Shown here: in pieces, positions 43,673-55,600 of the stretch
Layout of the letters: every line of letters starts with the position of its first letter
Numbering within the stretch: position 1 is the first letter of the stretch
Source of the DNA: Spirochaetaceae bacterium
Lineage (GTDB): Bacteria > Spirochaetota > Spirochaetia > DSM-2461
DNA: 64,000 nt
Direction: 5' to 3'
NCBI GenBank assembly: GCA_051531975.1
Contig: JAOPTT010000006.1
Span: 352,656-416,655, forward strand
Notes under the pieces: generated by a model
Told to the model about the DNA's origin: nothing
What the model saw: the letters and a program-made list of their open reading frames with translations, nothing else
The model's database searches: none
Position numbers and translations under genes: made by a program

Positions 43673-46600
43673 ATTTTACAATAATTGGTGAATAGATTTT
43701 ATGTGTTTTATTATTAATTTCAACTTTAAAACATAGTTCATAACGCCCTACTTTTTGTGGAATTTTAAAATGTGTATTTAATCCTTCTTTAGTTTGTAAT
43801 ATTTTATTTTTTGAATCCAAAATAAACCAATTGGCATTTTCCCAAGATGATGCTGAAATTACTGCATTAGTTTCTATTCTATCAAAACTATTTAAATCTT
43901 CAAAATAACTAGGGACATCTATTGTTATAATGTTATCAATATTCTCTGCAATAAGTATTCTACTAATTCCTTTTTGAAATTCTATATAGTCATCTTCAAT
44001 ATATTTCTTCTTTAATATTTTATATGAATTATATGATTCTATAACTTCCCAAGTAAAATCAACTTCAATTTTTGAATCAACTATAATAAACATATTTATA
44101 TCTGATTCTGCTCTCATACTGATAGTGTCTTTATTAAAACCGAGAATTTCTATAGCACCCTGGAGATAATTAGGTAACTGTGGACTTTTAACTTTACTAA
44201 AAGATATGTTTTTTGAGTCAGTATTTATATTAGAAATAAATTGTTTAATACCTATAACATTTAAGGTATAGGTTTTCCAAACACCAAAATCACCTGATGT
44301 TGAAATACCTCTATATTGTATAGTGTGTAATCCTTTCTGAAGTTCTATAACATTTTTATATGTATTAATAATATTATTAGTAAAACTATACTCAATTTTG
44401 ATTAAATCAATATTACTACTTTCTAGACTTAATGTATTATCTACTTCATTAAATTTAACAACAATAGTTTCAGTAAGATCCATATCATAGTCACCAATAT
44501 TAATAATACAGTTCTTCACTACTCCTATATTACCTGCATTATCTATTGATCGAAAACTTACTAAATAAGATCCTAGAGTTGAAAACAAAATTTCACTTTT
44601 ATATGTTATATATTCAGATCCATTAATAGAGTACTCCATTTTGTTTATACCGGATATTTTATCAGTACCACTTAAGTTTAATAATGTCCTGTTATCTTGA
44701 ATGTTAATATTATATTCTATCACAGGAAGTTCAAAATCAACTTTAACATTTAGTAACCTTACATCCTCAATTAATCCCATAGTGTCTTTTGATCTATATA
44801 ATATATTATGACTACCATTTAATAAAATTATAGGCTTAGTTATTTCTTCCCAAATACTTTTTTTGTTTATGCTAACTGAAGATTTTGATTCTATATCTTT
44901 ACTTGTAAATGTTACTTCAGGAATTGATTTGTAATAATCATTTAATCCATCTGGTAGTTCTGGATATATATCGTAAGTTGTATTTGGTTTATATATATTA
45001 TTTCTACCTGAGTAACATTCAACTTCACCACTGTTATTTAATGCATAAATATTTTTATCATTTGATATAATAGAAATAAAGTTACCACTGCTATTCCATA
45101 TCTTATTTAGTGTATATAAATTCCAAGAATTTAAACCATAACTATCAATTGTAAAAAGTTTGTCCGATGTTAAAATAAGTTCAGAAATCTCCATGTTTGT
45201 ATATAATTGTGTTTCATCTAAACGATTCACAAGTAATAACTGACTACTGTTATATATAACTAAAAACTTATCATTTATTACAATTTTACCATTTGTGATT
45301 CCAGAATCAAATTCTTTAATAATGTTGTTGTCTCTGTATTCAATATATTTACCATCAAAATTTAGAGTTGATTTAATATCATTATATTCTGTTTCAAAAG
45401 AACTACTTTTGTTAATATTTACCAAACTATCTGATGTTATTACATATTCAAAAGTGTCTAATGAAAATTTTATATAATTATTTTCTGATTCTAATAGAAT
45501 GAAGTTTCGAATGCTAGAATAACGTTTTATCTTAGGTATTTCCGTTAATAATTCACCGTTTTTAATATTGTATATTCTAAAGATACCATCTGATAAAGAG
45601 AATATATAATTTGAGGATAATATTGGATTACTAAAATGTCCAACCGACCTAAGTTTTACAATGCCATTATATTTATTTATGCAATACAATATATCATCTG
45701 ATATTGAATAAACAAAATCTCCTGATGAAAGTAAAAGTTCACTATTATTATTAGATTCAGATACCCACTTCAGATTATATTCTGCAGGTGAAATAGTATT
45801 ACTATATCGATTGTTATTTATTGGACCTTCTCTTTGATACCACCCATCATCATCAATAATTATAGTTAATGTTGAAATTAAAAATTTATTAAATATGTCG
45901 TTAACTCGAATGGAAAAATTGAATGTTCCAATTTCTTTTGGGATACCAAATACATTCCCAGTTAAAGAATCTAATTGCAGACCTTCTGGTAGATAACTAT
46001 TATTAAATAATTCAAATAGAATAATTTCATTTTCACTGTTTACAATTATTTTATCATTATATAAATTTTTCAGCTTTCCATTTTTTAACTTATTACTTTC
46101 TAACTTAAGCTGTTTTCCAACAGTAATATTTAAAGTCTTTTCTTTTATTAAAAAACCATCATTACCACTTAATATTACTTTATAATTTCCAGGCTTTATG
46201 TCGGGTCCAACTGAAATACTCAATAGAGTTGAGCCATTTAGTTTTACACGCTTATTTAAAACTGTGACACTAATGCCGATATTATCATTTATAATATTTA
46301 TATCAACACTGTTAGAGTATCCACTAATGTATAGTTTACCTTTGATAGTTTCATTAGGTAATAAATAAAAATTATTTTGAAAAGCATATAGATTAAAATT
46401 TTCAGTTATATAAGTATATTTTATACTATTAGATACGTTTTCTAATGTTTGAACTTTAACAATACCATCGACCTCATTAGTTCCAGCACTAAAAGTTAAA
46501 GTGTCATTTTTATAGTTTAAAACATCACACTCTTTATTATCCATATAAACTCTAGATTGTGGATTAAAACCAAATCCATAAATTATATTATCGTAAATAG

Positions 46601-49600
46601 TACTAATATGGGGTTTTACAATGTTTTTAACTACTTCCACAAAATACTCAACATCTATTTCATTTACTTTTAATTTTATTGAATATACATCAGGAATAGT
46701 ATTTTCTGGTATGTATATTTTTGTTGAAATAATATCTCCATCTATACTATTTGTAACTATCCAATTAATTGGAGAATTTTCTATTGATATGTTAATTTCA
46801 TCATTAAAACGGTTAATTCTATTAATTCTACTATAAAACCAAGAAAAGTTTTTTGGGTTTACTTTAGTTTTATATTTTAAATGTTCAAGTTTAATACTAG
46901 GTTTAATAAGTTCAACATCTTTTATTGTATATAGCGCATCAGAGTTTAATATTTTCAATTCTCCACTGTTTTGTTTGGACAACTTAGGAGCATAAATTTT
47001 TAAAGTTTTACTATTTGTATAATTAACAATACATAAAGTATCATCGATATAAGCTTTAGTACTTTTAGTAAATCCTGAACCTTTAACAAAAATAGTCGTA
47101 TTATCATCTATATGCCAAGTTTTAGGGCTGAAGTTTGTAACAATAGGACTAGGTTCTTTAACAATAATTTCCAATTTAAAACTTCTGAATACATCCACAT
47201 TATTTACATTTTTTATGATACCACTAATATAATAAATTCCTGGTAATACATCTGTTTTAGATTGATTAAATAATAGATCTATTTGGTAAGAACCTTCTTC
47301 TTTAAGACTTAATCTTTTATGTTTTATATTTAAGTCTAAAAATGATGGAGAACCGGATATTATTACTTCTGTGTAATCGTCTGTTAAATTAGTAGTTTCA
47401 GGTATAACATCAATATACAAAGTTGAATTATCTCCAATTGTTAATTCATGCTCCTGGTACTTTATTAAAAAGTTATTATCTGGATTATATACCTTACTTT
47501 CTATTTCAAGTAAAACTACATTTGAAACAGGTCCAAATTCATTTTCAACGTTATATGGAATAATGGAAAACTCATAGATATCTCCAGGATTCAGTGTTGA
47601 TAAAGATAATGATGTTAAATAACCTAAATCTATGGACTCTATAATATCTGTTGTTAAGTTATTTATTGTTAAATAGAAACCCTTAGATCTGTTAGGATAA
47701 TTATCTGAAAAAGAGATATTTACATATTGTTCATCTCTGTTAATTACTAAATCATCTATTGCTTCTAATTCATTAAAATTATTATTAAGGATTATTGATC
47801 CAGAGATATGTTTATAGAATTCTGGGTTTATTCCATCGTTTAGACCAACATATAGATAATACTCATTATTTGATAAAATTGTTAAGTTGGTTTTAATATC
47901 AAATTCACCTGATTCATTTAATATTACATCCCCTATTTTTAAACCTGTAAATGAACCTATTTTAGAAGAAGCATATACTGTAATTATAGGTTTAGACTCT
48001 GTATAAATTTTGACCTTACCTGAAACAGTATAATTAGTATTTAATTCCTGGTGTTTATCTAGAACTGTTAATATATCCAATTCGGGATTTTTATTAATTC
48101 CAACTGCTTTTATACTATAGAGACTCTCTTTTTTAAGATTGTCTACTTCTAATCTCCAGTTACCAGGAGCTGGGTCTTTTACTGCTAAGAGAATTTTATT
48201 CGATAGTCTTTCTATTATTATATTGTCATCACCTTCTCTGAAAACTTCACCGGTAGGACTAACTACGGAAATATGTGGATCTCCTTCAGTATATTCAAGG
48301 CAAAATATGATTCGTTTATTAACTCTATTACTTCTTTTTTGAATTCTATTAAAAGTTCTATATACCAAACGATTACTATTTGGTTCACTTGAGTCTAATA
48401 GTGTATACTCTTCAACATCACCTACATCAAAATATCCATCGGAACCTATAAAGAATCCAACACTACCTAAAATATTAAGTTCTATATAACCCTTAAAACC
48501 TTGTCTATCATCATTAAAATCACCAACTTCTATTCCAAGACGACCAAGTGACATAGGATCCTCAGGAAAGCCAAATAGAATGTCTTGTACTGATACATCA
48601 ACATAAGCTTCACCACAAAATCTTGTTTTATCATCTTCATCAAATAGATGAGCTCTTATTGTTCCTTCTAAATAAATTTTATTAAAAAAGTCAATTTCTA
48701 ACCCTGCGATCAACTCTAAACCGTAACTCTTAGTATAGATCGCTGTTGAATATGCAGTAAATAGCCCATCTAAATATTCAAGTTCACCTTTTAGTGCAAA
48801 ATCCAAATTAGTAGTATTTAACCAAAAGTCAGATTTACCAGTAACTGTTTTTTCTACATTAGTAATAGTTACACCTAATTCTATTCTCATTCCACTAGTA
48901 AACTTATCTCTTATATATTCTTCTAAATCATCACCAGGGGGTCCAAATGCTAAACCACCTCTTAAACCGGTTAATAAAAGACCTGTAGTACCTAAAGGTA
49001 GACCTCCAATATCCGCTTCAAACCCAAAATAAGCATACTTAAGACCTATTGGATAATCAGGATTTGAAATATTGACAAGGGATATTTTTGCTTCAACTTC
49101 ACCTATACTTGCAACAAAAACTTTACCTGAAGCACTAATCTCATAATCATCACCCGAAATAGCTAACAATGCACTCATATCTTTAAAAGTTAGTGCCCCT
49201 GTATTAATATCAGGAAGCTCAAACTCTCCTCCTGATATACTTAGACCATTTGAATCTATCTTAACATCATTTAATACAATAGAAGCAGAACCTAATGCAA
49301 CTGGTAAAACTAACTCAGACTTTGAACATGAAATTTGGTTATTATCTGAATCAATTTCAGGGGAATATAGAGATATTTTACAACCTAATAAATCAATATC
49401 AAGCTTTTCAACATTAACATCTCCGTAGAATTTCCCTGTATTGTCTATCCCACCGTCAGTTATATCAATTTTTTGATTTCCTAATGATGAAGGTAGAGTA
49501 ATAATACCTTTTGTAAATGAAAGTCCATCCTTATCAAAGCTAATATTATTAATGACACACTTCATATCAGCATACTCAATTTCTAACTCTTCTAAGGTAA

Positions 49601-52600
49601 TCTCTGATTCAATGATTTCTCCATCCCAGTCTATAAATATATAACCTCTAGTTTTGGTATTGCCTAATACTCCAACAAACCCATCCTCGATGGTTAAAGT
49701 TCCTTGAGCTGCAATACCTCGACTATCTACAGATAAGTCCTCTAGTTCCAATGTTAGGCCATCTACAACCTCATATTTAAATAGCTCTCCGGAAGTTAAG
49801 CCTATGTTCATGGAAGTAAAACCATTATTTGCTGAATAAACGATATCTCCACTTAATTTTGAATTAGTTAATTCAGAAGGCAGATTAGTATCTACTAATT
49901 GCAAATCACCACTAATGTTAAATAGTAGATCATTATCAATATCTGTTAATACACTAAGTTCACCATTAGTTAGGTGTAGTTTTTCAAAGATAATGGTATC
50001 TATATCAGATCGACTTATATCAACATCTATAGTTCCGTCAGAGTGTATTGTGAAATTATTTATTAATAATTCAGTATCCCCAAAAGATTCAGGTAATATA
50101 ATACTTCCACTAATAGTAGTTTTAATATCATTATTATCAGGAGCAAGTAGTGATATTGTTCCATTTTTAAGTTTATATCCGGGGAATATTTCAAACTGTT
50201 CTGTTAAGGAATAGGTTAAATCGCAACTTTCAAATCCACCAAAACTATTTATAGTTAACTCATTAGTAATTATCTTCGAACCTTGTAATTTTTCAATTGA
50301 GAAATTTTCATCAAATTCTATAACAGCACTGTTCAGTGAAAAGCTAATACTTTCTAAAATATTATTAGAATTAATAGATTCAATATTTGGTGTTATTGAT
50401 ATATTTGAACCTGATTTTAGTATTAAATTATCTACTAATTGTTTGTCTTCAGTGATTGTTAATTCTGAATCAAAAACTAAAATATTACCTAAGGAATCAA
50501 ATTGACCATTTACTGAGAAGATCTCTCCACCAATTCCTGGAAATGTTTCTGGTAAAATAATATTCCCACCAAGAGTAAAGTTTATTGGTGTATCTTCTAC
50601 GTAATTAATACTAAATACAAAGTCTGATATTGTTGAATCTAATACTCTTTTTTCTGATGATTCATACATTGCATTTAATGATTTAATTTTATTATTAGTG
50701 AGGTTATATTTAAATTCAGATATTACTAAAGTATCTGCTTGCATATCTTCTATAAGAAAAGTATTACCTAGGACTAAAACTCCACTCAGATCAAAATCAA
50801 TATCATCCTCAGTAATAGAAGTCCTAATATTTCCACTAAAAAGTAACTCTTTATTAGCTGTTAAAGATAAGTTCTCTCCCTCAAAAGTTGCATCTAACTC
50901 TTTAATTCTATAATCGTTATTAATTTGAAGTTTATGCACAGTGATAACTGGTGGGCTATCTTCACCATTAAATAGACCTGTTAATGGAAATATACCTCCA
51001 AATGTAAATCCCTCAGTTTCAGAGTATGAACCTGTTGTTATTGTAAAATTGTAATTTTCAATATCAACTTCAATATTATTAAAAAAGATCTCCTCTATTG
51101 AAAACTCTTTTGATGAAAAATCTAAACTTAAATTTTTAAAACCAGTACTCTCAACCGAAATGTTATCTAACCAATCTGTTGGAAAATATATTAAACCCTG
51201 ACCTATATTTATACCATCATTATCAATATTTATATCTGATATTGTGGTTACCCATCCATCTGCAATTTCAACTTCTATATCTTCTAGTTGTAGCTCAAAA
51301 ATTATTTCTTTTGTATTCATATTATAATTAAATTTATTTATATCAACATAAAAATCCCTAAGTTCTTCAACAAAAAAGTCACTAGGAAATTGTACAGATC
51401 CTTCTATTTCTAAATTATTTTCATTTATAATCAGATTATTTATATATAAATCTAAACCAAAAATATTTAATGGTTCTGAATTTGAATAAACAATATTAAA
51501 AGCTCCACTACTAAAAATTTCTATATTATTGAAACTTATAATTTCTCCACCAAAGATATCTCCATCAGGTAGTTTTATTGTTGAATTACTAATTTTAATT
51601 GATTCTGAAGTTAATTTTATAGTTTTAAAATCAAATGCCATATCAAATATAGTCAAACTAAGATTATTAATAGTTGTATTTGATGTAAAAGAGATTTTGT
51701 CATTATCTTTAGTTAATTTAATGTCATCCAAATAAATTGTTGTATCACTGAAATCTTCTGGTAAAATAACATTTCCAGATAATGTAATGCCATCAGATTC
51801 AAAAGAGATACTATCAATATCCATATTCCAACCTGCTATTGATATGTTTTTACTTTGCTTAATGTTTCCTGAATATATCTCTTCTCCTAATTTATTTAAT
51901 AATACATTTTCGATTTTAATACTGTTTTCTGCATCAATTTCTACAATACCACTTTGAATATAAATACCTTCATCAGTAAAAAAATAATCAATAATACTTA
52001 TTGAAATACCATTGTTATAAATTGTAATAGGTACAGTAATAGTTTTACTTAAAACTATCCATGATGATGTTATTTCAAATGGTGAATTACTAAAATTAAC
52101 TACTTTATCTGGATTTAGGTTTTCTGGAAGATATATAGAACCAGTGGAAAACATTTTTTCATTGTCAAAATATATTGTATCGGACTGTACTTTAAATCCA
52201 TTATTACTAGTAAATACAACCTTAGAGTTACTATAAAGTTCTGATAATAGTTCACCTTTATTATTAAAGTTTATATCGTTAAATTGAATGTCAAAATTTT
52301 GACTTCTATTAAATATCGATATGTTATCAAAGATTAACTCATCGTTGATTATATTTATTCCCTTAGTTATAGCATTAAATCCATAGACAGTAATTTCTGA
52401 TTCCATTGAAGTAAAGTTAGATAAAATTATATCTCCATTATATTTCATGTTAAATTCATGTAATTTTATCTGTTGTTTATCACCTAATAAAATTATCTCA
52501 ATTTCAGTATCACCACTTATTCCTAAATCAGTTATTTTAGGTTTATAAATATTAAAGTTCCAATTATTGTGGGAATAATTTATTGAATTTTCTAATATGG

Positions 52601-55600
52601 TATATGTTGTGTTTATTTGATCTGATTCAAGATCCATAATATTTAGTGCATTATTTGGGGAACCTTCTGGTAATAATATTTTACTTTCAGGAATAACCAG
52701 TATTCCATTATTATAATATATTTCAGAAAATTGTAGATCGAAACCACTTCGTAGTTTTAGTTTTGATATATTTTCATCAACATATCCAAACTGTATAAAT
52801 CCAACATCTAGCTGTTCATCAATTCTCATATTCGAATTAAAAATATCAATTTCTATGTTATTAAAAAACTTGGATAGATTTACCGATAGTTTTTTTGCCA
52901 CTAGGTTATTATCTGTTAGGACAATCTCTTTAATTTTGTATATTTCATTATCAGAATAGTTAATAGTGAGTTCATCAAAACTATAACCATCTTGTATTAT
53001 GTTCTCTAATGTAAAACTTATTACCGTATTATATATTTTTGATGTAAGACCCTGTTGAAATGATGATAGATCAATATCGCAATTTTCTAATAAAAATCCC
53101 TTATTCGTTATTTTTATATTGTGCTTTTTTGCATATAAAAAGAATCCACTTTTTGATTGATATGTTATATCGTTATCAATATTTCCCTGTGCATTTGGGC
53201 TAATGCCATTCCCATTAATTTGAAGATTATTAAAATATGATCTATTTTCATTAGAAATTATTTCTCCACTAGCCTGTATATGGTTATCATCAAATGTTAA
53301 CTTGTTTATATAAAAACTAATTTCATTATTATGTTTTATATAAAATGGTGTTATGTCATCTGGATTATTTATTACGACCCCATTTCTTGAGATAATCAGA
53401 TTTTTTAAATATACATTTATAGAGTTTCCATTTTCATCAACAGCTGTCTTCTCATCTTCAAATAAAAGTTCTGCATCTTTAATATGTAAATTATCAGCGA
53501 CTAATTCAGAATCTAAAACTTTTAATTTTACTTCTTCTGGACCCCATTTTAATAATAATTCATCATCAATTTTAGATGATATAAAAGACCCATCATGTGT
53601 TAATAATGAATTAGATATATTAATTGTTGAAATATTATCTATAAAACTAGTAATATTCAGGTTTTCATAATTTATAAAGTCGGTAATTGCTGCTGTTATT
53701 AATAATCTACTATTAAACAATTTAAAGATTGAAACGTTATTTAATATCCAAGATTTATTTATATTAACTTTTGAATTTATTGTTACTGGAGTTGATACTT
53801 CATATATTGAACTATTAATAATGGGATTTATTGATGAACTTAAATGTATATTTTCAAATAGTAATTTAAGTTCATCATTCTCTGTTGTAAACTTTATAAA
53901 TCTATTTATTAAATTAACACCTAATAAGGAATCGATATATAATCCACTATAAAAATCTTCTTCCATGGATGACTTAATATTAAACCCGTTAATATCTATA
54001 TCACTATAGGCATCAAAATTTTCACCATAATCAAATGTTTGGTTAAACTTTAAGTTAGTAAGTTCTAAGTTATTAATTTTATTGATATAACCTGGAACTA
54101 CAATTGAAGCTGCTGATTTTTCATTTGAATTAAAGTGTTGTTCACCATAAACTTTGAATCCATCAATGTTATATATGAAATCAACATAATCTAATTCATT
54201 ATCATTTATATCATTATTAAATGTGAAACTCTGACTACTGATATTTTGTAGTACTGGGATAGTATCTGTAAAAGTCGATATTGAAACTTTGTATTTCTTA
54301 TTTAGAACTAAACCATCAATATTATAACTTCTAATTTTTTTATCTAGTAATATTGAGTAAAATTTATCTTCTTGGTTTATTATTATCTTTTGTGACTCTA
54401 TATTTCCTATAACATCCCAAGTAATTATGGATGACAATGTATCAAGATCTTTTTCGATATCAGTTATATTTATTATTGGTAAAGATCTATTATATTTTAA
54501 TTTAAATAGATCTTCAGTCTGTTTATCCCCATAATCAGTAGCTATAACCTTTACATATTTGTCACCAATTATCTCATCCTTGGTTAAAGCTAATCGTATA
54601 AAACAACTATTTCCAACTCTTGTTATTAAAACATTACCTTCAATAAATGTATTGTTATCGTTACTAATATAATATTCATATTTTTTTACACCTGTCATAT
54701 CTGTAGGTTTTTGCCAGTTTAATTCTATCTCTCCATGAGAATATTCTTGATCTGAGTCTGGATGTGTTTGTGATTGAATTAATAAGTTTTGAGGTGGTGT
54801 CGTATCAATTCTAAATTTATGATCTAACGAAAACTCACTCTGTTGTTTACTATTTGTTAAAGCTCTAACTTTTAAAAAGTAATACTCATCAGTTAAGTTA
54901 TCTTTTAAACTATTTAAATTTAATAATGTTATTCCTCCATCAAAATTAGTTATTTCACTATCTATTATTAACTGTTCTGGTGCCAATATACCTTTATATA
55001 ATTGATATCTATATTTATTAACAAAGGCTAAGGAATTATTAGAGTTATCAGGAGATATCTTAAAGGTAATATTATTCAAAGTCGTAACATCAGTAATATA
55101 ATTTGCCTTTAGATATCCAGTTACCTTTGGTGGCAATATAGTTTTATTATTAATTCTGATAGTTTTATAGGTATAATTTTCTGATCTATTACCAGCATCA
55201 TCAAATAAATAGACATATAGATAATAAAGTCCTCCTCCATCTTTAAAATCTAATACTGAATTATTGTTATATTTTGTATAATTATCTTTGTTATAATTCA
55301 TATTAGATGGTAAAAGTTTTGTAAGGAAATATTCGTATCTTGGTATATCAATATCTTTTGAACTGTTTGTGAGAACTAGTTGTAAATTATTAGATGCTGT
55401 TATGCTATCTTCTAGAAGTGATGTTTCACCATTATTATTTTCAAACAGTGATATCTCTACTGTTTGAATGTCTGGGGATATTCTATCAATAATAAACTGC
55501 TTAACAAAATCTGTTGAAAATCCAACCTTGTCTGTCAATCTTACTGTTACATTAAACTTCCCATCGGGGATATCAGCAGAAAGAAAAATAGGTTCTGAAA

